Source: Gaiellales bacterium
Lineage (GTDB): Bacteria; Actinomycetota; Thermoleophilia; Gaiellales; F1-60-MAGs149
Assembly (NCBI GenBank): GCA_046598415.1
Contig: JBKJIG010000044.1
Span: forward strand, 852-64,851
DNA: 64,000 bases
Reading direction: 5' to 3'
How positions within the stretch are numbered: position 1 is the stretch's first letter; every line of letters begins with the position of its first letter. The position numbers were made by a program, and so were the translations under genes. The notes below the pieces were generated by a model. It made no database searches, was not told the origin of the DNA, and saw only the letters and a program-made list of their open reading frames with translations. Below are positions 18,830 to 27,755 of this stretch, piece by piece.

Positions 18830-18964
18830 GGGGTCAGACCCCGAAAAGGCCGTTTCTGGGGTCTGACCCCAACATGGAAGGCGCGCGGAAGGCGCGCGGA
18901 TCGCGCGACTGGCGGGAAGCGTGACTGTTTCGTAGGAGTTCGTTCGTACGGCGGCACGCGCGAA
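18830..18964 (+). repeat. Dispersed palindromic intergenic repeat, copy A
   Basis: GGGGTCAGACCCC (18830-18842), a 15-nt spacer, then GGGGTCTGACCCC (18858-18870). Followed by the conserved flank GGAAGGCGCGCGGAAGGCGCGCGGATCGCGCGACTGGCGGG ... GGCGGCACGCGCGAA. Same architecture as copies B and C. Confidence 0.8.
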
Positions 18965-18975
18965 CCTGATTGGAT

Positions 18976-20145
18976 CTAGGGGAGGAGGTGGCGGAGGTAG
19001 TCGTTCACCAGGCGGCCGTTCGGGTCGAGCTCCGCGCGGCGCGCTTGAAACTCCGCCAGCCTCGGATACAGCCCCCCGAACTCCTCGCTTCCCAGCTGGT
19101 GCAGCTTGCCCCAGTGGGGACGCCCGCCGGCTTCCAGCAGCAGCCGCTCCGCCGCGGCGAAGCCGGGCTGCCACGGATCGTCCGGCTGCGCGTGCAGGCT
19201 GATCGTGACGACAGCGCGGCCCTGCGTCGGGCTCAGCGGCAGCGGGTCGCCGGCCTGGCCGCGGAACTCGACCGCCCACGTCAGCTCCGGATGCCGGTCG
19301 CGCATCAGCGTCCGGACGGCGGCGAGCGTCTCGAACGCCGCCGCGGCCGGCACCGCGTACTCCATCTCGACGAACCGCGTGACGCGCTCGGACGGGTAGA
19401 TGCGGTGGCTCCAATCGACCCGCTCCGGCTTCAGGTAGCGCTCGACCGTGCCCGGCGGCTGCGGCGGTGGCGGCGGGTCGCCCCACGGCTCGTCGGTGCT
19501 CTGCGCGAACCGCTTGAAGACGCACCTGTCGAGCGTCGGCAGCCAGAAGAACTCGAGGTTGCGGGCGCCGTCAGCAGCAGCCGCCCACTCGGCCTCGACG
19601 TCCTCGTAGGCGCAGTGCCACGTGCGCTCGTGCAGCCGGTAGGCGGGCACGACCGCGAGCTCCAGGGAGACGATCACGCCGAGCAACCCCAGCGCCAGCC
19701 CCGCATCGGTCTGCCGAACGAGATCGCCGGTCGGCAGCACCACCTCGGCCGAGCGCACCAGCGTCGCGAGGCTGCCGAACGCCCCGGAGCCGTGCGTGCC
19801 GGTGGCGATCGCGCCGGCGATGGCCTGGGTGTCGACGTCGCCCTGGTTCGGGAGACCGACGCCGGCGGCCCGGAGCGGCTCGCCGAGGTCGGCGATGTGC
19901 GTGCCGGCGGCCACGGTCGCGATGCCGCGCTCGGCATCGACCGACGACACACCGCGCACCGCGGAGAGGTCGAGCAGCAGCCCGTCGGTCGCGCAGAGTG
20001 GCGAGAACGAGTGACCCGCGCCGGCGACGCGCACCGCGAGATCGCTGCTCGCGACCAGGCCCTGCAGCTCGGCCACCGTCGCCGGCCGCGCGATCTGCCG
20101 AGGGTGGCACGTGACGTTGCCGGCCCAGTTGCTCCACGGAGGCAC
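18976..20145 (-). CDS. FAD-dependent aldonolactone oxidase/dehydrogenase (D-arabinono-/L-gulono-1,4-lactone oxidase family)
   Basis: ORF 18976..20256 trimmed to GTG at 20145 (VPPWSNWAGNVTCHP). FAD PCMH motif VAGAGHSFSP, GTHGSG, and ALO-type C-terminus GGRPHWGKLH. Confidence 0.85.
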   Translation of the reverse strand: MPPWSNWAGNVTCHPRQIARPATVAELQGLVASSDLAVRVAGAGHSFSPLCATDGLLLDLSAVRGVSSVDAERGIATVAAGTHIADLGEPLRAAGVGLPNQGDVDTQAIAGAIATGTHGSGAFGSLATLVRSAEVVLPTGDLVRQTDAGLALGLLGVIVSLELAVVPAYRLHERTWHCAYEDVEAEWAAAADGARNLEFFWLPTLDRCVFKRFAQSTDEPWGDPPPPPQPPGTVERYLKPERVDWSHRIYPSERVTRFVEMEYAVPAAAAFETLAAVRTLMRDRHPELTWAVEFRGQAGDPLPLSPTQGRAVVTISLHAQPDDPWQPGFAAAERLLLEAGGRPHWGKLHQLGSEEFGGLYPRLAEFQARRAELDPNGRLVNDYLRHLLP

Positions 20146-20180
20146 GGGCGCATGGTGGCAGGCCACGGCATCATGCGCCC

Positions 20181-20246
20181 ATGCTCCGCACCATCGACCT
20201 GAACATCGCCGCCGGGGAGTCGTTCGGCGCCTGGCCGGCGTTCTGA
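20181..20246 (+). pseudogene. pxpA: Remnant of 5-oxoprolinase subunit A (pxpA/LamB-YcsF): first 21 codons then a stop
   Basis: ATG at 20181 encodes MLRTIDLNIAAGESFGAWPAF then TGA. IDLN..GESFGAW is the invariant N-terminus of PxpA/LamB-family proteins, which are about 250 aa full length. The stop lies 2 nt before the pxpBC ATG. Too short to appear in the ORF track. Confidence 0.55.
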
Positions 20247-20248
20247 CG

Positions 20249-21736
20249 ATGGACACGCTCTACGTCCGCTGCGACGACGTGCAGGGCCTCGGCCGCGCGT
20301 TGCGGCAGAGCCGGCCGGTCGGCGTCCGCGACGTGCACCCCGTGTTCGCGACCATCGCCGTGACGTGGGATCCGGCGCGCATCGGCCGCGAGGAGGTGGT
20401 CGACTGGATTCGCGCCGCCCGCCCGACGGCGGCCGAGAACCCGCGCGACGTGCGGCTGCCGGTGCGCTACGACGGCGCCGACCTGGCCGACGCGGCGGCC
20501 GCCACCGGTCTGACCATCGATGACGTCACGCGCCTGCACACGGCGCCGCACTACGACGTCGTCTCGGTCGGCGCCCTGCCGGGCCAGCCCTTTCTCAGCC
20601 CCAACGACGACGCCCTGCAGCTGCCGCGCCGCCCGAACCCGCGCGTGGCCCTGCCGGCCCACACCGTCGCGATCGCGATGCACCTGACTACCGTCTACCC
20701 GACCTCGTCGCCGGGCGGCTGGAACATCCTCGGCACGGCGCTGCAGGCGCTCTACGATCCCCACCGCCCCGAACCGTTCCTGCTCGCGGCCGGCGACCGC
20801 GTGCGGCTCGTGCCGAGCGACGGGGTGACGCCGTCGCCGATCTCGCCGGTCGAGCTGCTGCCGCCGGCGCCGCACTTGCCGGCGCTGCGCGTGGACGAGC
20901 CCGGGCTGCTCGACATCGTCGTCGACGCCGGGCGCTTCGGCGAGGCGCACGACGGCATGGCCGAGTCGGGCCCGGCTGATCGCGGCGCGGCGCTGCTCGC
21001 CAACGCGCTCGTCGGCAACCCCGCCGGCACGCCCGTCGTGGAGATGACGCTGAACGGCCCGCAGCTGACCGTGCTGCGGCCCGTCGTCGTCGCCTGCGCC
21101 GGGGTCGGCGGCGCGCTCGAGATCGACGGCGAGATCACCGGCTGGCGGACCGCCCGGGTCGCGACCGGGGCGCGTCTGCGCGTCCGCGGCACGGCGCGCG
21201 GCGCGCGCTCCTACCTGGCGCTCGCCGGCGGGATCGAGGTGCGCCGCGTGCTGGGCAGCGCCAGCACCGACATTCGTGGCCTGCTCGGCCGGGCGCTGGT
21301 CGCCGGCGACGTGCTGGGCGTCGTCGCCGCCGCGATGCCGGCTGCCCGGCTGACCGCGCGGCCGCCCGATTCCGATCCCGACCGGCCGATCCGGCTGCTG
21401 CCAGGCCCGCAGTTCGACGCCGCCACGCTCGCCGCCCTCTGTGCCGGGTCGTTCACCGTCGGCGTGGGCGATCGCATCGGCGTCCGCCTCGACGGCCCGC
21501 CGGTGCCGGGTGGCGAGATCCTGTCCGAGTCACCGCCGCTCGGCGCGCTCCAGGTCACCCCCGCGGGTGTGCCGATCATCCTGCTCGCCGACCGCCTGCG
21601 AACGGCCGGCTACACCAAGCCGGCCGTCGTGCACCCGGCCGACATCGGTCGAGTGGCGCAGCTGCGTGCCGGCGATCGGGTCTCGTTCGTCGCCCTGCCC
21701 GCGCCGCCGCACGGCTGGTACCTCGACCTCACGTAG
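20249..21736 (+). CDS. Fused 5-oxoprolinase subunits B and C (allophanate hydrolase subunit 1 + 2; KipI-KipA fusion)
   Basis: ATG at 20249 (MDTLYVRCDD) inside ORF 20111..21736. N-half is PxpB-like (VHPVFATIAVTWDP, GQPFLSP, SPGGWNILG). C-half is PxpC-like (EPGLLDIVVDAGRFG, ANALVGNPAGTPVVEMTLNGPQL, RSYLALAGGI, GALQVTPAGVPIILLADRLRTAGYTK). Confidence 0.85.
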   Translation: MDTLYVRCDDVQGLGRALRQSRPVGVRDVHPVFATIAVTWDPARIGREEVVDWIRAARPTAAENPRDVRLPVRYDGADLADAAAATGLTIDDVTRLHTAPHYDVVSVGALPGQPFLSPNDDALQLPRRPNPRVALPAHTVAIAMHLTTVYPTSSPGGWNILGTALQALYDPHRPEPFLLAAGDRVRLVPSDGVTPSPISPVELLPPAPHLPALRVDEPGLLDIVVDAGRFGEAHDGMAESGPADRGAALLANALVGNPAGTPVVEMTLNGPQLTVLRPVVVACAGVGGALEIDGEITGWRTARVATGARLRVRGTARGARSYLALAGGIEVRRVLGSASTDIRGLLGRALVAGDVLGVVAAAMPAARLTARPPDSDPDRPIRLLPGPQFDAATLAALCAGSFTVGVGDRIGVRLDGPPVPGGEILSESPPLGALQVTPAGVPIILLADRLRTAGYTKPAVVHPADIGRVAQLRAGDRVSFVALPAPPHGWYLDLT

Positions 21737-22133
21737 CGGCGGGCACGCCGGCCGTTCGCACGCCGGCGACGACGGCCGAGCACGCCCACAGCGCAGCGCT
21801 CGCGAGGCACCACGCGCACCACGCGTTGATGACGAATCCTTCGAGCACCGTCAGGTAGCCGGAGAACAGCGCGCCCGCGACCGCGATGCCGAGCGTCACG
21901 ACCGGCCCGTTCGGCGGCCGCAGGAACGTCGCGGCGAACAGCGCGATGCCGCCGAGCGTCGAGACGGGGATGCCGGCCAGGTCGGCGTAGCGGCTGTGCT
22001 GCACCGTCGCGCAGCCGCCGCCGCCGACGGGACATGGCGGCAGCCGGCCGCGTGAACGCTCGAACGAGAGGTACGCGCCGATCGCCGTCGCGAGGGCGGC
22101 GAGCGCCATCAGCGCGACGCGCTCGGCGCTCAC
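21729..22133 (-). CDS. Vitamin K epoxide reductase (VKOR) family membrane protein
   Basis: ORF 21729..22133. Loop cysteine pair CPVGGGGC followed by HSRYA, active-site CAWC in the last TM, and 4 TM segments. Confidence 0.8.
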   Translation of the reverse strand: MSAERVALMALAALATAIGAYLSFERSRGRLPPCPVGGGGCATVQHSRYADLAGIPVSTLGGIALFAATFLRPPNGPVVTLGIAVAGALFSGYLTVLEGFVINAWCAWCLASAALWACSAVVAGVRTAGVPAAT

Positions 22134-22848
22134 GCCGCGGCGGTCTTCACGGCGTTCACGATGCCCTCGGTTGTCGGCACGCCGGAGAAGAACGCGGGTT
22201 CGGCGCCGCCCTTGGCGACGCCGATCGTCGGTGTCCCCGTCAGGCCGAGCGCCTGCGCGTTGGCGTCCACCTCGTCGATCATCTGACCGGCCGCGTCGCT
22301 TTTGCGGTCGGCGTCGAACTGCTTCAGATCGAGGCCGGCGGCAGCGGCGACGGAGGGGGCGCGAAGCCGTCGTCGAACCAGTCCCGTTGCTCGTTGCCCT
22401 GGTTGTAGTAGACGATCGTCGCGTAGAGCCACAGCTTGTTCTGCTGCATCGCCGCGTACCCGGCGCGATGCGCGGTCTCGCTGTTCGACCCGAGGATCGC
22501 CCACAGGCGCAGATGGAGCTTCGCCTGGCCGGGCCTGACGACGTCGGCGATCACGTCGGGCGCCTCGGCGGCATCCCACTCCTTGCACACGGGGCACCGC
22601 AGGTCGCCGTAGACCGTGATGCTCGTCGGCGCGGTGGGAGATCCGAGCACGCCCTTCGTCTCGGGGATGCCGGCGAGAGTGGCCTTCGCGACGTCGACGT
22701 TGACGAGCGCCGCCGGGTCGGCCGCGACCACTCTGTCACCGCCGGAGAACTGCTGGATGCCGATCAGCGCGCCGACCGCGACGACGGCGACGACGCACGC
22801 GCCGACGATGGTGTGACGACGGCGGTTCTTGACCATGACCGTGACCAT
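22130..22848 (-). pseudogene. DsbA-like thiol:disulfide oxidoreductase interrupted by a frameshift at a C5 run
   Basis: ORF 22324..22926 supplies the TM anchor, the CPVC active site and ...YNQGNEQRDWFDDGF. ORF 22130..22597 supplies the rest in another frame (SVAAAAGLDLKQFDADRKSD...GLTGTPTIGV...). The frames meet at the GGGGG run 22355-22359. Its stop overlaps the VKOR start (22130-22133). Confidence 0.7.
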
Positions 22849-22985
22849 AACGCGCCGGTGCGGTACTGCACGAGACGATTCTGTTGCGGCCGCGAGTAGC
22901 GTCTCGCCGTGGCAGATCGGCGGCATCGTCGACGACCCGTCGCCGCGCTACGGCGTCGTGCTTTCCAAGCGGTGCCGGCGGTAGC

Positions 22986-24269
22986 TCACCGTTCCAGCTT
23001 CGGGAGCACCCGGTCGGCAGCCTCCAGCGCATCGTCGACGTCGGCGTCGTCGTGGGCCGCAGACAGGTACCAGCGGCCGGCCGGGATCACGCGAACGCCC
23101 TCGGCCACCATCAGCGCGGCGAACCGTCCGTAACGCGCGTGGTCGGCCGCGAGATGGTCGCGGAACGTGGCGACGCCGCCCTCGTCGATGAACCAGGCGA
23201 AGAACACCGGGCCCGGCCCCTGCGTCACGATCCGGTGGCCGTGGCGCGCGCCGGCGGCCTCCAGGCCCTCGCGCAGCCGCGTGCCGAGCGACGTCAGCCG
23301 CCGGTAGATCTCCGGCTCGGCCTGCAGCTCGGTCGTGGTCGCGAGCGCGGCGGCGATCGAGATGCCGCCGCCGTTATAGGTGCCGGCGTGCAGGGCGCGG
23401 TTCGTCGCCACCTCGTCCATCACGTCGGCCCGGCCGCCGAACGCGCTGATCGGGAAGCCGTTGCCCATCGCCTTCGCCATCACGGTCAGGTCGGGCCGCA
23501 CGCCGAGCATGCCCTGCGCTCCGTCGAGCCCGACGCGGAAGCCGGTGATCACCTCGTCGAACACGAGCAGGCTGCCGTGGCGGTCGCAGAGCTCGCGGCA
23601 CCGCTCGACGAACCCGGGTGCTCCGGGGATGACGCCGCCGTTGCAGGGGTAGGCCTCCATGATCAGCGCCGCAACCTCGCCGCCGCGTTCGGCGAACAGC
23701 TGCTCGAGGCCGGCCGCGTCGTTCCACTCGATCGCAACCAGGTCCTGGAGCGCCGACGGCAGCTGCCCGGCCGTCTCGGGTCGCGCCGGCGGCAGGTGCG
23801 ACGTCGCGGTGAAGATGGGGTCGAGCCAGCCGTGGTAGTGGCCGGCGAACTTCACGACCAGGGAGCGACCGGTGGCCGCGCGGCTGGCCCGCAGCGCGGC
23901 GTGCACGGCCTCGGACCCGGACAGTCCGAACCGCAGGCGTTCGCAGCTCGGCAGGATCGAGCGGATCTGCTCGGCCAGCTCGATCTCGGCCTCGTGCTGG
24001 GCGCTCGGCTGCTGCAGCTGCGACGCGGCCCGCGTGACGGCGGCGACGACCCCCTCGTGTCCATGGCCGAGGATGATCGGGCCCATGCCGCAGACGAAGT
24101 CGACGATCTCGTTGCCGTCGACGTCGACCAGGCGCGCACCGGCCGCCGTCGCCACCGACAGCGGCACCGGCCGCTCGAAGGAGCGAAACGCGGTCGACAC
24201 GCCGCCCGCGATCACCGCGGACGCGCGTTCGTGCAGCTGGTACGAACGATCGAAGGAGTGCTCGGACAT
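22986..24269 (-). CDS. Class III aminotransferase, glutamate-1-semialdehyde 2,1-aminomutase-like
   Basis: ORF 22986..24269. Motifs: GGVSTAFRSF, GSEAVHAALRASRAATGR, FDEVITGFRVG, PLP-lysine context TVMAKAMGNGFPISAFGG. Confidence 0.9.
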   Translation of the reverse strand: MSEHSFDRSYQLHERASAVIAGGVSTAFRSFERPVPLSVATAAGARLVDVDGNEIVDFVCGMGPIILGHGHEGVVAAVTRAASQLQQPSAQHEAEIELAEQIRSILPSCERLRFGLSGSEAVHAALRASRAATGRSLVVKFAGHYHGWLDPIFTATSHLPPARPETAGQLPSALQDLVAIEWNDAAGLEQLFAERGGEVAALIMEAYPCNGGVIPGAPGFVERCRELCDRHGSLLVFDEVITGFRVGLDGAQGMLGVRPDLTVMAKAMGNGFPISAFGGRADVMDEVATNRALHAGTYNGGGISIAAALATTTELQAEPEIYRRLTSLGTRLREGLEAAGARHGHRIVTQGPGPVFFAWFIDEGGVATFRDHLAADHARYGRFAALMVAEGVRVIPAGRWYLSAAHDDADVDDALEAADRVLPKLER

Positions 24270-24308
24270 CGCTGGATGATGCCGGTCCAGGGCACGCGCG
24301 CGACGGCG

Positions 24309-25439
24309 TCAGCAGCACCAGCCGGCGACGGCCGGGAAGCTGGCGCTGCCGAGCCCGTCCGGATCGAGCCGTTCGCCGATGTGCTCGAGCGTGCGGTCTC
24401 GACCCGTCGCGGCGTCCACGAGGTGCCAGCGGTCGGTCGACGGGTCGGGCACCAGGAGGGTGCGTCCGTCGGGTGACCACGCCACCGTGGCCGCGCCGGC
24501 GACGGTGGTCACCGAGCGCTCGCCGGAACCGTCGATCGCCATGAGCCGGACCTCGCCGCCCGGCAGCACGACGGCCAGATCGGCGGCCGCGCCGGGGCTG
24601 GTCGCGATCGCCGCCGGTGCGACGGCGAGCAGGTGCCGCTGCTTCGCGGTGGCGGGGTCGAGCGCCAGCAGCCCGGCGTCGGTCGCGATCAGGAGCGTGC
24701 GGCCGTCGGCGCTGTACAGCAGCGACCGGATCGCCCCGGTGACCGGTAGCACCGTCGCGTCGACGCCATCGACGTCGGTGGTCGCGACGTTGCCGTCACC
24801 GGCGTCGTAGGCGAGCACGTGGCTGCCCGGTCGCCAGGCAGCCGGAGCGGCGCCGATCGCCCGTGCCAGCAGGCGGTCGTGCGTGCCGTCGCCGTCCACG
24901 ACCCGCAGGTCGTCGCCCTCGCGGTAGGCGATGCGGAAGCCGTCCTTCGGCGCCCAGCGCACGTCGCGCAGCGGCGCCTGCCGGACGAGCGGCCAGCGGA
25001 CGGTGCCGGTGTCCGGTTCGACCGCGTACAGGGCGTTGTCGCGGATCACCGCCACGAACCGGCCGGTCGGCGACCAGGTGGCAGCCGAGTAGCGGCCGAG
25101 CAGGCGGCCGGAGCCGTCGCCGCGCAGCACCCAGACGCCGGCGTCGGTGGTCAGCAGCAGGCGTCCGGGCGTGCCCGTCGCCAGCGGCGCGGGCACCGTC
25201 GGCCGCGGCGCGTCGCGGACGATGCGATCGTGCAGGAAGCCGGCGACCGCCAGCCCGGGCGGCGTCAGGGCCGCGACGACCAGGGCGGTGGCGGCGAGCG
25301 CGAGCGCGATGCGGCGGCGCGGCGGTCGGCGCGGCACGCGTTCGCGGGCGACGAACGCGTCGCGGACGGCAGGCCACGCCCGCTCCTGCGCCGCTTCCTC
25401 CGCGGGAGCCCGCAGGACGCTCAGATCTTCCGCGCTCAC
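24309..25439 (-). CDS. Putative anti-sigma factor: single TM anchor plus extracytoplasmic PD40/TolB-like beta-propeller
   Basis: GTG at 25439 (VSAEDLSVL) has a GTGA overlap with the ECF sigma stop. TM segment IALALAATALVVAAL. Repeated PD40-like units: WSPTGRFVAV, WAPKDGFRIAY, YSADGRTLLIA, WSPDGRTLLV. Confidence 0.75.
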   Translation of the reverse strand: MSAEDLSVLRAPAEEAAQERAWPAVRDAFVARERVPRRPPRRRIALALAATALVVAALTPPGLAVAGFLHDRIVRDAPRPTVPAPLATGTPGRLLLTTDAGVWVLRGDGSGRLLGRYSAATWSPTGRFVAVIRDNALYAVEPDTGTVRWPLVRQAPLRDVRWAPKDGFRIAYREGDDLRVVDGDGTHDRLLARAIGAAPAAWRPGSHVLAYDAGDGNVATTDVDGVDATVLPVTGAIRSLLYSADGRTLLIATDAGLLALDPATAKQRHLLAVAPAAIATSPGAAADLAVVLPGGEVRLMAIDGSGERSVTTVAGAATVAWSPDGRTLLVPDPSTDRWHLVDAATGRDRTLEHIGERLDPDGLGSASFPAVAGWCC

Positions 25440-26038
25440 GACGGCTCTTCCAGGCTGGCGCCGAGCGCGTCGAGCCCGCGTCGCAGCCGCGAGTTGACCG
25501 TGCCGCGCGGCAGGTCGAGCAAGGTCGCGATCTCGCCCGGCGTCAGGTCGAGCACGAACCGCAGCGCCACCACCTGGCGCTGCTCGGCCGGTAGGCGGGC
25601 GATCAGCGCCGGTGCGTCGTCGGGTGCCGGGGCCGGGTCGGTCGCGGCCGCCGGGACGTCCTCCAGCGCCGACTCCGCCCGCCGCGAACGGGCGCGCACC
25701 CAGTCGATCGCCCGGTTGGAGGCGATGCGGGCCAGCCACGGTCGCACCGGCCGCCCGCGCTCGAACCGGTCGAGGTTGCGCACCGCTGCCAGGAACGCCT
25801 CCTGCGCGATGTCCTCGGCCGCCGCCGCGTCGTGGCAGACCAGGAACGCGACGCGGTACACCGCCGCGAAGTGCCGCCGGTACAGCTCGGCGAACGCCTG
25901 GTCGTCACCGTCCCGCGCGCGCTGCACGAGCCGGGCCTCGTCGTCGCGCCGGAGGAGGGAGAACGGCACCGGGCGACGATACACCGCGGCCGTCGACGCG
26001 CCGGCCGGGCACGGTTCTGCGACACGGATCGACGCCAC
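25436..26038 (-). CDS. ECF-type RNA polymerase sigma-70 factor
   Basis: ORF 25436..26038. Region 2: FAELYRRHFAAVYRVAFLVCHDAAAAEDIAQEAF...RPWLARIASNRAIDWVR. Region 4: LPAEQRQVVALRFVLDLTPGEIATLLDLPRGTVNSRLRRG. The true start may be an internal GTG (about 25984 or 25969). Confidence 0.85.
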   Translation of the reverse strand: MASIRVAEPCPAGASTAAVYRRPVPFSLLRRDDEARLVQRARDGDDQAFAELYRRHFAAVYRVAFLVCHDAAAAEDIAQEAFLAAVRNLDRFERGRPVRPWLARIASNRAIDWVRARSRRAESALEDVPAAATDPAPAPDDAPALIARLPAEQRQVVALRFVLDLTPGEIATLLDLPRGTVNSRLRRGLDALGASLEEPS

Positions 26039-26088
26039 TGCCGGTCCTACGCCGGCGGCGGCGCGAGAGGTCCGCAGGGCGGTCGGGC

Positions 26089-26805
26089 ATGATCCACCTG
26101 TCGAGCTGGAGAGGCCGCGTGACCGAGGGCAAGTTGCACGAGGCGGAGATCGAGTCGCGCTGGGAGGCGGCGCCTGCAGTCCTCGCCGTGATGGTGCTGC
26201 AGGTCGCGATCAGCCTCGTCAGCCACGATCAGGGCTGGACGCTCTGGCGGCTGCCGTGGTGGTCGTGGCTGATCCTGATCATCCCCGAGGCGACCCTGTT
26301 CGCCGCGCTCGCGCTGTCGTGGCCGCGGCGCCAGATCGAGCAGCTCGGCCGGCGCCGCGAGGCGTCACTGGGGCTGTTCCTCGTGGTCGGCATCGGCAAC
26401 GGCCTCGCGCTGCTCGCGCTGCTCGTGGCGTTGATCGGTGGCCACGAGCACAGCGGCGGCGAGCTGCTGTGCAAGGCCGGGACGATCTGGACCACCAACG
26501 TGATCGCCTTCGGGCTCTGGTACTGGGTCTTCGACCGGGGCGGCCCGGTGCGGCGCCGCGAGCCCGACCCACCGCCGGCCGACTTCCAGTTCCCGCAGAT
26601 GGAGAACCCCGACCTGGCCGAGCCCGGCTGGCATCCGCGGCTGCTCGACTACGTCTACCTGTCGTTCACGAACTCGGTCGCGTTCAGCCCGACCGACGCG
26701 ATGCCGCTCACCCGGCAGGCGAAGGTGCTGATGATGCTCGAGGCGTCGGCGTCGGCCATCACGGTGCTGCTGGTGGCCGCTCGCGCGGTCAACATCCTCC
26801 GGTAG
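26089..26805 (+). CDS. DUF1345 family membrane protein
   Basis: ATG at 26089 (MIHLSSWRG) inside ORF 25612..26805. Multi-TM. Characteristic LLDYVYLSFTNSVAFSPTDAMPLTRQAKVLMMLEASASAITVLLVAARAVNIL. Confidence 0.8.
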   Translation: MIHLSSWRGRVTEGKLHEAEIESRWEAAPAVLAVMVLQVAISLVSHDQGWTLWRLPWWSWLILIIPEATLFAALALSWPRRQIEQLGRRREASLGLFLVVGIGNGLALLALLVALIGGHEHSGGELLCKAGTIWTTNVIAFGLWYWVFDRGGPVRRREPDPPPADFQFPQMENPDLAEPGWHPRLLDYVYLSFTNSVAFSPTDAMPLTRQAKVLMMLEASASAITVLLVAARAVNILR

Positions 26806-26869
26806 CGTCCCGCCGAATGCACCGCCCTGATGTGATCGTGATCGGAGCGGGCCTGCTCTACCCGGCGCG

Positions 26870-27691
26870 CTAGCCGGGGCGGCCGTCGGCGAGCTGCGGG
26901 AACTTCGACACCGGGTACACGTCCACGGGCGCCGAGCGCTGCTGCACCAGCACGCCGCCGTCGACGCGCAGCGTGACGCCGGTGATGTAGCGGGCGTCGT
27001 CGGTGGCGAGGAAGAGCGTCGGGCCGGCCACGTCGTCGGCGCTGCCGAGGCGGCGCAGCGGCACGACCTCGCCGCGCTCTTTCGCCAGCTCGTCGTCGAT
27101 GTCGTAGGTGCGGATCAGGCCCGGGACGATGCAGTTGACGCGGATGCCGTAGGGCGCCAGGTCGAGCGCCATCGCGCGGGTCAGCGCTTCGACGCCGCCC
27201 TTCGCCGCGTCGTAGGAGGCCATCGCGCGGTGGGCGTGGGTGCCGCCGCCGCTCGACATGTGGATGATCGAGCCGGTGCCGCGTTCGGCCATCGAACCCA
27301 CGACGGCCTGCGAGCAGAGGTACGTGCCCTTCAGGTTCGTGTCGACGATCTTGTCCCACCAGGCCTCGTCGCCCTCCAGGAAGTGGCGGCAGGCGGCCTC
27401 GTAGGTGGCGATCGCGGCATTGTTGACGAGCACGTCGATGGGGCCGTGCGCGGCGACGGCCGTCGCGACCATGGCGTCGACCTCGGACTTCGAGGCGACG
27501 TCGGCGATCGCGGCGACGGCCGTGCCGCCGGCGGCGGTGATGGCCGAGACGACCTCGTCGGCGCGCGCCGGGTCGACGTCGTTGACGGTCACCTTGGCGC
27601 CCTCGCCCGCGAACCGTTCGGCGACCGCGCGACCGATCCCGTGCCCGGCACCGGTCACCAGCACGCTCTGTCCGCCGAATCGTCCGCTCAT
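26870..27691 (-). CDS. Short-chain dehydrogenase/reductase (SDR)
   Basis: ATG at 27691 (MSGRFGGQSVLVTGAGHGIGRA) follows GAGGAG by 7 nt. Motifs: TGxxxGIG, NNAA, YDAAK catalytic motif. Confidence 0.9.
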   Translation of the reverse strand: MSGRFGGQSVLVTGAGHGIGRAVAERFAGEGAKVTVNDVDPARADEVVSAITAAGGTAVAAIADVASKSEVDAMVATAVAAHGPIDVLVNNAAIATYEAACRHFLEGDEAWWDKIVDTNLKGTYLCSQAVVGSMAERGTGSIIHMSSGGGTHAHRAMASYDAAKGGVEALTRAMALDLAPYGIRVNCIVPGLIRTYDIDDELAKERGEVVPLRRLGSADDVAGPTLFLATDDARYITGVTLRVDGGVLVQQRSAPVDVYPVSKFPQLADGRPG

Positions 27692-27755
27692 CGTCTTGCT
27701 CCTCTGCGTTCGAATACCCACGGAATTGTCACCGCGACGCCCCTACGATGGTGCC

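Noticed and set aside
25984-26060. ECF-type promoter-like motif GAACC-N14-CGTC inside the annotated 5' end of the first ECF sigma gene, which would imply a shorter, possibly leaderless gene.
   Set aside because: The spacer is shorter than the usual 16-17 nt and the motif is easy to find by chance in GC-rich DNA. I kept it only as a note on start-codon uncertainty.
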